Assembly: GCA_040398805.1 (NCBI GenBank)
Contig: JBBATK010000008.1
Span: forward strand, 28,060 to 92,059
DNA length: 64,000 nt
Reading direction: 5' to 3'
From: Candidatus Kapaibacterium sp.
GTDB taxonomy: Bacteria > Bacteroidota > Ignavibacteria > Kapaibacteriales > NICIL-2
The position numbers and the translations under genes were made by a program. Shown here piece by piece: positions 26,016 to 37,853 of this stretch (within the stretch, counting starts at the first letter, position 1; each line of letters begins with the position of its first letter). The notes beneath the pieces were generated by a model that was given only the letters and a program-made list of their open reading frames with translations, did not search any database and had not been told where the DNA came from.

Positions 26016-26981
26016 TCAGAAGGCGATGGACTTCAATTCCAGACCGGCGGTCTCGCTGAATCCGCCCATGAGGTTCATATTCTGCACGGCCTGACCCGAT
26101 GCGCCTTTGAGCAGATTGTCGATCACCGAAACCGTCAGCACCTTGCCCCGATGCGTGGTCACCCACACACATGCCTTGTTCGTGTTCACCACACGTTTCA
26201 TGTCGGGTGAATCCTCCGTCACGACGACGAACGGATGGTCCTTGTAATATTCCTCAAACAACGCGCGCACATCGCTCTCGGATACATCACACGAGGTATA
26301 CATGCTGGCCAAGATGCCGCGCGTGAAGTTTCCCCGCTGCGGGATGAACAGCACGTCGCCGCTCATGGATGGCTGCAGCGCGCGGAGTGTCCGGTGGATC
26401 TCCGGCACATGCTGATGCGTGAAGGGTTTGTACACTTGTGCGTTACCCGTGCGCCAGGAGAAATGCACCGTGGGCTCGGCCTTCCTGCCTGCCCCCGTGG
26501 AACCTGTCACCGCACTCACATGCACATCGTCGCCGATCATTCCCGCCGCGGCCAAGGGCAGCAAGCCCAGCTGGATGGCTGTGGCGAAACATCCGGGATT
26601 GGCCACGTGCCGCGCCGAGCGGATGTTCTCGCGGAAGGCCTCGGGCAGGCCATACACGAAGTCGTGGGCGGCGCTCTCCAGGCGATGCTCGTTGCTAAGG
26701 TCGATCACCATGCGGGACGTCATCCATGGGTAGCGGACAAGAAGCGAGGACGCAGCGCCGTGATCCACGCAGAGGAAGACGCAGTCCACATCGTCCGACG
26801 GTTCTGCCACGCAGACCAGATCGGTATCGCCCTCCAGGTCCGCATGGATACTCGCCAGCGACGTCCCAGCCTGCGAGGTGCTCAGCACCCATGCGATGTT
26901 CACATGCGGATGACGGAGCAGAAGGCGACATAACTCCCCGCCCGTGAAACCCGTCGCACCGACGATGCCTGCACGTATCAT
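26016..26981 (-). CDS. argC: N-acetyl-gamma-glutamyl-phosphate reductase
   Basis: Starts at MIRAGIVGATGFTGGEL (ATG 26981, ATGA overlap with argG). ANPGCFATA is the active-site Cys motif. Confidence 0.9.
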   Translation of the reverse strand: MIRAGIVGATGFTGGELCRLLLRHPHVNIAWVLSTSQAGTSLASIHADLEGDTDLVCVAEPSDDVDCVFLCVDHGAASSLLVRYPWMTSRMVIDLSNEHRLESAAHDFVYGLPEAFRENIRSARHVANPGCFATAIQLGLLPLAAAGMIGDDVHVSAVTGSTGAGRKAEPTVHFSWRTGNAQVYKPFTHQHVPEIHRTLRALQPSMSGDVLFIPQRGNFTRGILASMYTSCDVSESDVRALFEEYYKDHPFVVVTEDSPDMKRVVNTNKACVWVTTHRGKVLTVSVIDNLLKGASGQAVQNMNLMGGFSETAGLELKSIAF

Positions 26982-28171
26982 GAGGGATCTCCGTTCACGG
27001 CGTTGTACATGCGGGATTGATTGGACACGATGCGCGAGAACCCACGGACATCGTCGCCCGTGTACAGCGTATTCATTTCCCCGTAGGCGCCGAACTCGCT
27101 GCGCATGAGATCGTTCGGCGAATCCACTCCGCACACGGAGAACCGATACGGCGCGCACTCCACGTGCACGGTGCCGTTCACGGGACGTTGCGTGTCGCGG
27201 AAAAAGGCCTCGATACTGCGCATCGCGGGTTCGGCGAACTGACCTTCGTGCAGGAGTTGCCCGTACCACAGTGCAAGCTGGTCCTTCAGGTTCAATTGCC
27301 ACCGCGTGAGCGTATGTTTCTCCAGCGCATGATGCGCCTTGATGATCATGAGCGGTGCTGCGGCCTCGAAGGCCACGCGACCCTTCGTTCCGATGATGGT
27401 GTCTCCCACGTGGATGTCGCGGCCGATAGCATAGGCACCGGCCACGCGGGCCAGCTCGCGGATGGCATCGACGGGATGGTGGTAGCGTGTGCCGTTCAAA
27501 CCCACGAACTCTCCTGCCTCGAAGTGCAGATGCAGGGTGACGGGCTCGCTTTCGGTGCATTGCGAGGGATAGGCCTCGCTCGGCAACGGTTGCGATGATG
27601 TCAGCGTTTCCCGTCCGCCGATGGTCGTACCCCACAGTCCCTGATTGATGGAATACTGCGCCTTCGTCCAATCACCGTCCACGCCTTTGCTTTGCAGATA
27701 GGCGATCTCGTCCTCGCGGGATTTCTTCTCATCGCGGATGGGTGTCAAGATCTCCGTTTCCGGCAGCATGGTGCGGAACACCACATCGAAGCGCACTTGG
27801 TCGTTGCCGGCACCCGTGCTGCCGTGCGCCACATAGTCGTAGCCGCCTTCCTGCGCCAGCCGCGCAATGGCGCGCGCTTGGAATACCCGCTCCGCACTCA
27901 CGGAGAGCGGGTAGGTGTTGTTCTTCAGCACATTGCCGAACACCAGGTACTTCAGGCACTCGGCATACAACGCCGAGGTGTCGTCGATGGTGGTGTGCGA
28001 GCTTGCACCAAGGGCAAGGGCACGCTCCTCGATGCGCGCAAGCTCTTCGTTCGAGAAGCCGCCGGTCTGCACGATGGCCGTGTGAACATCCAGTCCTAAC
28101 TCGTGGCGCAGATACACTACGCAATACGACGTGTCGAGTCCGCCACTGAAGGCAAGCAGTACTTTTTTCAT
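26978..28171 (-). CDS. argG: argininosuccinate synthase
   Basis: Motifs: AFSGGLDTS, HGSTGAGNDQVRF, and others. Confidence 0.95.
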   Translation of the reverse strand: MKKVLLAFSGGLDTSYCVVYLRHELGLDVHTAIVQTGGFSNEELARIEERALALGASSHTTIDDTSALYAECLKYLVFGNVLKNNTYPLSVSAERVFQARAIARLAQEGGYDYVAHGSTGAGNDQVRFDVVFRTMLPETEILTPIRDEKKSREDEIAYLQSKGVDGDWTKAQYSINQGLWGTTIGGRETLTSSQPLPSEAYPSQCTESEPVTLHLHFEAGEFVGLNGTRYHHPVDAIRELARVAGAYAIGRDIHVGDTIIGTKGRVAFEAAAPLMIIKAHHALEKHTLTRWQLNLKDQLALWYGQLLHEGQFAEPAMRSIEAFFRDTQRPVNGTVHVECAPYRFSVCGVDSPNDLMRSEFGAYGEMNTLYTGDDVRGFSRIVSNQSRMYNAVNGDPS

Positions 28172-28833
28172 GATTGCGACTCCCCTGATGGTTCATCCGT
28201 CGTTCCCGAACCGACAGTCGGCATCAGTATCTGTACATGACTGGGCGCCGCCGTCGCGCGAAGTTCTTCGGCAGGATCGAACAGCATGCCGGTGCACAGG
28301 CACATGGTGCGGTTGGTGCGCTTCAGGATATCCACGTTGTTACAGCCCTCGCAGCCTTTCCAGAACGCGTCGTCGGTGGTGAGCTCGCTGAAGTGCGCGG
28401 GACGGTAGCCGAGTTCGTTGTTGATCTTGAGCACGGCGGCACTCGTCGTGATGCCGAACATCTTCGCGTCGGGATATTTCTCTCGCGACAGATTGAACGC
28501 GGCCTCCTTGATGCGTTTGGCCAGGTGCATCTTGCGGAACTCGGGGGCCACGATGAGACCCGAGTTGGCCACGTATCTGCGGTCTTCCCATGTCTCGATG
28601 TAGCAAAACCCCGCGAAACGTCCGTCGCTCGACAGCGCGATGACCGCTTTGCCTTCGCGCATCTTGGACTTGATGTACTCAGGGTCGCGCTTGGCTATGC
28701 CCGTGCCTCGCTGGCGCGCGGATTCCTCGATGATATGGCAAATGACAGGAGCGAAGGAGCAGTGGTCTTCTGTGGCGCGATGAACGATGAACTGCAGCGC
28801 CGGCGCAGGGTCAGGTTGGTCTGGTCTGTTCAA
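28168..28833 (-). CDS. GNAT family N-acetyltransferase, first gene of the arg cluster (start uncertain, possibly TTG)
   Basis: Motifs: IVHRATEDH...GLIVAPEFRKMHLAKRIK...LGYRP and a Cys-rich tail CEGCNNVDIL...CLC. The ATG at 28980 would leave no promoter space after fabF, so I prefer TTG at 28833. Confidence 0.65.
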   Translation of the reverse strand: MNRPDQPDPAPALQFIVHRATEDHCSFAPVICHIIEESARQRGTGIAKRDPEYIKSKMREGKAVIALSSDGRFAGFCYIETWEDRRYVANSGLIVAPEFRKMHLAKRIKEAAFNLSREKYPDAKMFGITTSAAVLKINNELGYRPAHFSELTTDDAFWKGCEGCNNVDILKRTNRTMCLCTGMLFDPAEELRATAAPSHVQILMPTVGSGTTDEPSGESQS

Positions 28834-28916
28834 TTCCGGAGGTCGAAAGCGAAGTGAAGAGAAACACGAATGAGGCGCGAATATACGGTGCGGTGATACC
28901 GTAGGATGGGCATGAC

Positions 28917-28950
28917 GAAAAAATAACGGAGCACCGTGTCTTCGTCTCCG
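28917..28950 (-). terminator. possible fabF terminator
   Basis: Minus strand CGGAG-loop-CTCCG followed by TTATTTTTT. Confidence 0.4.
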
Positions 28951-28998
28951 ATTCAGGCCGAACGGTAGCCGGACCGACATCCCCGCGCATCCGCCCGC

Positions 28999-30246
28999 TT
29001 ACTCCTCGAAGCGCTTGAACGCAAGCACGGCGTTGTGTCCGCCGAAGCCGAAGGTGTTGCTGAGCACGACGTCGATGGGTTTCTCCACCGCCACGTTCGC
29101 GGTGACATTCAAGCGTGCGTCCACGGCGTCGTCGCGCTCGTGGATGTTGATGGTCGGAGGCACGGTGTTGTTCTTCAGAGCGAGCACCGATGCCACCGCT
29201 TCGATGGCGCCGGCTGCACCGAGCAGGTGACCCGTCATGGACTTCGTGCCGCTGACGTGGAGGGTGTCCAGGCAGGAACCGAACATGTGGACGATGGCCG
29301 CGGCCTCGGCGGGATCGCCGACGGGCGTGGACGTAGCGTGAAGGTTGATGTAGTCCACGTCCTCGGGTTTCAGGTTCGCTTCGCGCAAGGTCTCTTCGAT
29401 GGCAAGGATCACGCCGAGTCCGTCGGGATGTCCGGCCGTGATATGATAGGCATCGCCGGTGGCGCCGCCGCCCACCATTTCTCCATAGATCTTCGCGCCG
29501 CGGTTCAGCGCATGTTCCAATTCTTCCAGCATGAGCGCGCCTGCGCCTTCGCCGAGAACGAAGCCGTCTCGGTCCTTGTCGAACGGACGTGATGCGGTCT
29601 TGGGATCGTCGTTGCGCTCGCTCAGCGCTTTCATGGCGTTGAATCCGCCCACAGCGGAAAAGGTCACCACCGCTTCGCTGCCGCCGCAGAGGATGGCATT
29701 GGCTTTACCGAGACGGATGTAGTTGAAGGCATCAAGGATGCCGTGCGACGACGAGGAACACGCGGAGACGGTACAGAAGTTCGGTCCACGGAAACCATAC
29801 CGGATGGAGATGAGTCCCGCACCCATGTCGCTGATCATCTTGGGAATGAAGAAGGGGCTGTACCGCGGTGTGCCGTCGCCGCTCATGAAGTTCTTGATCT
29901 GTTCTTCCAGCGTGATGAGTCCGCCGATACCCGACGACCAGATGACGCCGATACGGTTCTTGTCCACCGTGTCAAGGTTCATGCCCGTGTCGTTCACGCA
30001 CTCCTGAGCCGAAGCGAGAGCATACTGACAGAACAGGTCCGTGCGACCGATCTCGCGGCGATCCATGAACTGCGTGGCATCGAAGCCCTTGACTTCGCAC
30101 GCGAAACGGGTACGGAATTTCTCCGCATCGAAGTGCGTGATGGGAGCGGCGCCGCTCACGCCTCCCTTGAGACCTTCCCAATACTCTGCAACGGTATTGC
30201 CTATGGGAGTGAGAGCGCCGAGTCCGGTAATGACGACACGTTTCAT
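28999..30246 (-). CDS. fabF: beta-ketoacyl-ACP synthase II
   Basis: Starts at MKRVVITGLGALTPIG. Motifs: SACSSS (active-site Cys), HATSTPVGD, GHLLGAAG, NTFGFGGHN. Confidence 0.92.
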   Translation of the reverse strand: MKRVVITGLGALTPIGNTVAEYWEGLKGGVSGAAPITHFDAEKFRTRFACEVKGFDATQFMDRREIGRTDLFCQYALASAQECVNDTGMNLDTVDKNRIGVIWSSGIGGLITLEEQIKNFMSGDGTPRYSPFFIPKMISDMGAGLISIRYGFRGPNFCTVSACSSSSHGILDAFNYIRLGKANAILCGGSEAVVTFSAVGGFNAMKALSERNDDPKTASRPFDKDRDGFVLGEGAGALMLEELEHALNRGAKIYGEMVGGGATGDAYHITAGHPDGLGVILAIEETLREANLKPEDVDYINLHATSTPVGDPAEAAAIVHMFGSCLDTLHVSGTKSMTGHLLGAAGAIEAVASVLALKNNTVPPTINIHERDDAVDARLNVTANVAVEKPIDVVLSNTFGFGGHNAVLAFKRFEE

Positions 30247-30409
30247 GGTTTGCCTTGAGTGTTGACTGCGAAAATACACCGATTGCCGCATTCATTGCCC
30301 ACTTCCCGCGGTGCATCCAAGGCTCGCGCACCCGCTCCGAGAAACGCCGTTCTTCGCCTTGCCGCGCCGTATGTTTGCGGTCGCACACCGTACCACCGAC
30401 CATGCCGTC

Positions 30410-32071
30410 ATGATATCCACCCGCGTTTTCCGCTTCACGATTCTGTGTCTGGGCCTTCTCGCTGTCGTCTCCGCATCGGGAAAAGACCGCCGCCGGCCGG
30501 TATCCTTGCTCATCGCGGATAGCACCGTGGAGCTCGGCTCCGTGCGCATCGGCGACGTACTCCCCGTTGAGGTGCGCATCCGCAATCCTCGTGGAGCCGA
30601 CCTCATCGTCGATTCCGTCGTCCTTACCGACACGCGCTTCTACCGGACCATGGAGTGCACGTCAACCGACCCGCTGCCCGTGGTCATCGGCCGGGACGAT
30701 TCGCTGGACCTGCGGTGCACCCTTCGCATACGTCACAACGTGGCATTACATGCCAACCTCTCCGTCCATACGCATGTGGGATGCCGCTCGGTGATCCACG
30801 TGATCCGCGTGCGCGGAACGGCCACAGCAGCGGGCTACGAATACACGGACGATGCCGAGGGGTCGAGACTGTTCGATACCCTGCGTTCGCGGGTGACGGG
30901 TCATACCTCGCTGGGATACAAAGCCGCCCGCGAGGTGATGTTCGGCAAGGCCGATAACAACGCCGACAGTGTGGAGTGCATCTACACGGGTAAGAAGCTG
31001 AAGACTGCCGGTATCCCGCCGAACGGGGAGTTCAATACGGAGCATTCCTGGCCCCAGAGTTTCGGCTCCTCGTCCGAACCGAATAAAAGCGATATCTATC
31101 ACCTGTATCCCACCAATCCCAATGCGAACAGCATGCGGGCGAATTATCCCTTCGGTATGGTGAGCAAGGCATGGAAAGACGCCGGAGGCGGATCACGCCT
31201 GGGCTTCACGACCAAAGGCGATACCGTGTTCGAACCTCGCGACGTGGCCAAAGGCAATATCGCCCGAGGCATGTTCTATTATTTCCTGCGCTATGGAAAT
31301 CTCTTCACTTATTATCTATCCCCTTACTCCATGGACGCCGACCTGCGTCGGTGGAACGAGCTGGATCCACCGGATGCGCGCGAAAAGAAACGCGGCGACA
31401 CCATCGCCGCGTATCAAGGAAAGCGGAACCCCTTCATCGATATTCCGCAGTTCATCGAACGCATGGATCTGGTTCCTGTGACGCGAAGCTCCGTGGCGCT
31501 TGCGCCCGTCATCCAGACACAGAGCGACGATGTGAACATGGCGGTCATGACAGTGCAGGTGGTCAATCGCAGTGCATCTCCGCAGCGCATCGAGCGTGTG
31601 CAGGTGCGGCCGGCGGGATTCATCACACCTTCTTTGCGGGATTCCGTGATCGCCGCCCATTCGTTCAATGAACTGCGCCTGAACCTTGTGCGATCGGCAT
31701 CCATGCCATCGCGCTTCGTCGTCACCGCATGGCTGAGCGACTCCACCTCCGATAGCGCTCTCGTCACCATCTGCGGTCCGTCCGATGTTCACGATGACAT
31801 CCTCGACACGCCCTCTGCCGCCGTGCGTCCGCAACCCGTGCACGACGAAGCCATCGTGATCCTGGTACCTACCGTTCAGAGCGTGGAGTGGGCGGAGTTG
31901 ACGGATCTGAATGGTACACGCCTTTGCGGCTTGGAGGACCATGTGCAGGTGAACCGGCTGGGAACCTGCGTGCAGGTGCGTCGCGACATGCTCGCAGGGG
32001 CATCGGGTGTGGCATTCGTCCGCGCACGCGTGGCGGGACGCGTGGTGACACGGGCGGTGGTGATGGAATAG
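30410..32071 (+). CDS. secreted endonuclease I family nuclease with T9SS C-terminal sorting domain
   Basis: Signal peptide. EndA/Vvn-like core: NTEHSWPQS, SDIYHLYPTNPNANSMRANYPFG, KGNIARGMFYY, RNPFID. C-terminal ~80 aa beta-sandwich tail. Confidence 0.8.
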   Translation: MISTRVFRFTILCLGLLAVVSASGKDRRRPVSLLIADSTVELGSVRIGDVLPVEVRIRNPRGADLIVDSVVLTDTRFYRTMECTSTDPLPVVIGRDDSLDLRCTLRIRHNVALHANLSVHTHVGCRSVIHVIRVRGTATAAGYEYTDDAEGSRLFDTLRSRVTGHTSLGYKAAREVMFGKADNNADSVECIYTGKKLKTAGIPPNGEFNTEHSWPQSFGSSSEPNKSDIYHLYPTNPNANSMRANYPFGMVSKAWKDAGGGSRLGFTTKGDTVFEPRDVAKGNIARGMFYYFLRYGNLFTYYLSPYSMDADLRRWNELDPPDAREKKRGDTIAAYQGKRNPFIDIPQFIERMDLVPVTRSSVALAPVIQTQSDDVNMAVMTVQVVNRSASPQRIERVQVRPAGFITPSLRDSVIAAHSFNELRLNLVRSASMPSRFVVTAWLSDSTSDSALVTICGPSDVHDDILDTPSAAVRPQPVHDEAIVILVPTVQSVEWAELTDLNGTRLCGLEDHVQVNRLGTCVQVRRDMLAGASGVAFVRARVAGRVVTRAVVME

Positions 32072-32099
32072 GGGGACGTACGAAAAATCTTTCGGACTA

Positions 32100-33062
32100 T
32101 CACCCGTTCACACGCAGGGGGTCGCCCATCTTGCCCAGGCGATAATCCATGTAACAGCGCCGGATCTGCTCTTCGTTGTTCATGACGAAGGGTCCGTACG
32201 CGAACACGGGTTCGTTGTGCGGACGTCCGCCGAGCATGAGGATTTCGGCGTGGTCGGCACTGAACAGATCTACCGCATCATCACCTCGTTCGAACAGCGC
32301 CACCTGGTTGGCTTTCACCATGCGCCTGCCTTCCGTTTCCACATTGCCGCGGATGACATACACGAAGGCATTGTGCGTGGGGTCCACCGGAATGCTCACG
32401 CGGCATCCGGGCTTCATGCGCACATGGTAATAGAACACGGGGAAGAGGGTCTGCACGGTGGACTTCACGCCGAACGCTTCGCCGAGGACGACGTTCGCTT
32501 CGTACGTGTCTGTAGACACATGGCCCATGGAATCCGGGTGGAAGAGTTCCGTGGACGGAGCCACGAACTTGAATTCGGCGGGCATGTTCAGCCATATCTG
32601 GAAGCCGTGATAGATGCCGCCGTTCGCGCTCAGCATGGACCCTGTCTCCTCCATGTGGATGGCGCCTCGCCCGGAGGTGAACATCATGAAGTCGCCCTTG
32701 CTGATCTGGAAATCATAGTTCAAGCTATCGCGGTGATGTCCGCTCCCCTCCAGGAAATACGTCGTGGGGATGATGCCCGCATGCGGGTGCGCATCCACGC
32801 GCAGCGGCTGCTCATGGGGATTCACCTGTACCGGACCGAACTCGTCGAAGAACACGAAGGGCGAGACGTAGTCGTTGTGATCGCCCGCGAAGGCGCGCAA
32901 CACCGGCAACGTGCCCACCATGCTGCGGTCGGCATTGAGCACGCGATGCACTTTCCTGGCGTGCGTGCCGCCTGCCAGGCCGGACTCCGCCTTGGCGAAT
33001 TGGGGCATCACCACCTGCGCTCCGATGATCGCCGATCCCTTCATGAATTCTCTGCGTTCCAT
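32100..33062 (-). CDS. pirin family protein with twin-arginine signal
   Basis: N-terminus MERREFMKGSAIIGAQVV. Motifs: HPHAGIIPTTYFLEG and GFQIWLNMP. Confidence 0.85.
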   Translation of the reverse strand: MERREFMKGSAIIGAQVVMPQFAKAESGLAGGTHARKVHRVLNADRSMVGTLPVLRAFAGDHNDYVSPFVFFDEFGPVQVNPHEQPLRVDAHPHAGIIPTTYFLEGSGHHRDSLNYDFQISKGDFMMFTSGRGAIHMEETGSMLSANGGIYHGFQIWLNMPAEFKFVAPSTELFHPDSMGHVSTDTYEANVVLGEAFGVKSTVQTLFPVFYYHVRMKPGCRVSIPVDPTHNAFVYVIRGNVETEGRRMVKANQVALFERGDDAVDLFSADHAEILMLGGRPHNEPVFAYGPFVMNNEEQIRRCYMDYRLGKMGDPLRVNG

Positions 33063-33318
33063 GGGTGTCTCCTTCGTTGATATTCCGATGCCGACGCCGG
33101 CTGTGCTTGTCATTACGCGCACCACGCAAAAATATTTTCCCCATCGCCCTGCAACCCGCTTCAGTTCTCCCCTCCCTGCTATTTTCGCATCGGCTACGTT
33201 ATGGGATTGCAGAACCGCCTCACGATCCCCTCGTGACGCGGTTCTTCAGTGTAGTCGCCTGAGCAGCATCGGGTTCCCGTTCCACCATATCCGCTTCAAT
33301 CACATTCCGGGGAGCGCT

Positions 33319-34449
33319 ATGCTCTACTATCTCGCTCAGTGGCTTGAGAATAATTTCCAGCCGCCAGGAATGGGGGTGTTCCGTTATGTCACTTTGCGTT
33401 CAGCGGCAGCGGCGATAACGGCTCTGCTCATCTCCTTCATTGTCGGACCCTACATCATCCGTGTGCTTCGCCGCAAGCAGATGGGCGAACAGGAGAAGCG
33501 CGAACTGGCAGGCGTGGGAAATCACAACCTCAAGGCGGGAACGCCTACCATGGGCGGACTCATCGTGCTGACGGCATTGCTTGTGCCCACGATCCTCTGG
33601 GCGAACATGGGCAATGCGTACGTCCTGCTCATCGTGCTGGTGACGGCATGGATGGGCATGGTGGGGTTTCTGGATGATTATTTGAAAGTGGTGAAGAAGT
33701 ATCCCAAAGGGCTCATCGGACGGTACAAGATCGTCGGCCAGGTGACCATCGGTGCCATCCTCGGGTGCGCAGTGTATTTCTATCCCGATGCCTTCGGCGA
33801 AAGCATGAGCGCGGTGCGCACACTCACCACGGTTCCCTTCGCCAAGCACATCAACGTGGATTGGGGGGTTCTCTACATCCCCGTTGTCATCTTCGTTTTA
33901 ACGGCGACGTCGAATGCGGTGAACCTCACGGACGGTTTGGACGGGTTGGCCATCGGTACGGTCGGCATCGCTGCCTTGACCATCGCTCTGATATCGTATT
34001 TCAGCGGCAATGCGGTATTCGCCAATTACCTGAACATAATGCACCTGCGCGGCGCGGATGAACTCACGGTGTTCTGCGCAGCGCTCGTGGGCGCGGCCAT
34101 GGGATTCTTGTGGTTCAATTCCTTCCCTGCGCAAGTGTTCATGGGCGATACGGGCTCGCTGGCGTTGGGTGGGGCCATTGGCGGGCTCTGCATCCTCATC
34201 AAAAAGGAATTCCTGCTACCCATCGTGGGCGGGATCTTCTTTGCAGAAACACTGTCGGTGATCATCCAAGTGACGTATTTCAAATACACGAAGAAGAAGT
34301 ACGGCGAGGGCCGGCGGATCTTCAAGATCGCGCCGCTTCACCACCACTTCGAAAAAAGCGGTTGGCATGAATCAAAAATCGTGACGCGGTTTTATATCAT
34401 CGGCATCATGCTTGCCATCGTCACCATGGCCACGTTCAAGGTGCGGTAG
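33319..34449 (+). CDS. mraY: phospho-N-acetylmuramoyl-pentapeptide-transferase
   Basis: Motifs: KAGTPTMGG, GFLDDYLKV, NAVNLTDGLDGLA, FMGDTGSLALGG, APLHHHFE. Confidence 0.95.
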   Translation: MLYYLAQWLENNFQPPGMGVFRYVTLRSAAAAITALLISFIVGPYIIRVLRRKQMGEQEKRELAGVGNHNLKAGTPTMGGLIVLTALLVPTILWANMGNAYVLLIVLVTAWMGMVGFLDDYLKVVKKYPKGLIGRYKIVGQVTIGAILGCAVYFYPDAFGESMSAVRTLTTVPFAKHINVDWGVLYIPVVIFVLTATSNAVNLTDGLDGLAIGTVGIAALTIALISYFSGNAVFANYLNIMHLRGADELTVFCAALVGAAMGFLWFNSFPAQVFMGDTGSLALGGAIGGLCILIKKEFLLPIVGGIFFAETLSVIIQVTYFKYTKKKYGEGRRIFKIAPLHHHFEKSGWHESKIVTRFYIIGIMLAIVTMATFKVR

Positions 34450-34523
34450 TGACGGGCGGGGCTGGTGCAGGGCCGGCGGATGTGGAGTATCGCATGAACC
34501 GGGAGAAACGAACAAGGAGGTCG

Positions 34524-34910
34524 ATGATGGTGCAACGGATGGTACAACGGATGGTCCGACGATGTGCGGTGGCTTTTTCGCTGGTGGCGCTTTGCTGCGG
34601 GTGGATGTCGTGCGCGGGCACGAAGGTCATACCGCCCGACGCGTTCGTGATCACGGGGAAGATGAATCCCGTGAGCGGGTCCAAGGCATTGAAGACGGAC
34701 GCATGCTGGGTGATGGAAAGCGGCAAGGACTTGCGCACCCTGAAGTATTACCAGATCATCGGTCCTCAAGAGCTGATGGAACAGTTGAAGGAAGACGACA
34801 TGCAGGCCACGGTGCGGGTGGTACCGAAGCCGGGAGTGACGACGGACTGCAATGTCGGCACGGTCGTCGAGGTCATCGAGATCGTAGAGGCGAGATCGAA
34901 GAAGAACTGA
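34524..34910 (+). CDS. small lipoprotein (hypothetical)
   Basis: AAGGAGG lies 3-6 nt upstream of ATGATG at 34524/34527. Signal plus lipobox GWMSCAG. No recognisable family. Confidence 0.5.
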   Translation: MMVQRMVQRMVRRCAVAFSLVALCCGWMSCAGTKVIPPDAFVITGKMNPVSGSKALKTDACWVMESGKDLRTLKYYQIIGPQELMEQLKEDDMQATVRVVPKPGVTTDCNVGTVVEVIEIVEARSKKN

Positions 34911-35206
34911 AACGCATGGTCGTGACCGATCGCGGGGGTTTACGAACCTTCGACAGAGGTGCTCGAGAGTGAGGATGACAGTTTAGAGAAACCCGTCGGC
35001 AGTCGATAAACAAAAGGATAGTTTGGCGGTGGAATCACCGCGGTGGAGCATGTCCGGAGCTTGCAATAAGAGTCCCCGTACGTGCGTCGCTACCCTAGAA
35101 CCTAACGTGCTTTCGGTCCTGCCCCCCTATCGCGGGACGGCCGCCGGCACCATCACCACGCGCAGACCGGTTCAGCCGGTTTCGCTCTCAGGAAAGGTAT
35201 ACAGCC

Positions 35207-37732
<2,526 letters not shown>

Positions 37733-37781
37733 GGTGGGTGCGGCGAGAGCCGTCGCCGTCGTCATAACGATAGATACTCAA

Positions 37782-37807
37782 CAGGGAGAGCCACTAGGCT
37801 CTCCCTG
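37782..37807. terminator. hairpin between convergent clpC and the PD40 gene
   Basis: CAGGGAGAGCC-acta-GGCTCTCCCTG. The U-tract is weak. Confidence 0.45.
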
Positions 37808-37853
37808 TGTCGTTCAGGGTAGGGGAGCGGAGGATACGCCGCGGAAAGGTGGG

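Noticed and set aside
26016-27671. 551-aa ORF suggesting a very large ArgC.
   Set aside because: Only the last 321 aa (from MIRAGIVGATGFTGG at 26981) are ArgC. The upstream part runs out of frame through argG and has junk composition.
28834-28980. N-terminal 49-aa extension of the arg-cluster GNAT gene, from ATG 28980.
   Set aside because: The extension has Arg/Pro/His-rich non-protein-like sequence. It would leave only 18 nt after the fabF stop and would contain the fabF terminator-like hairpin and a promoter-like box. TTG 28833 is preferred but unproven.
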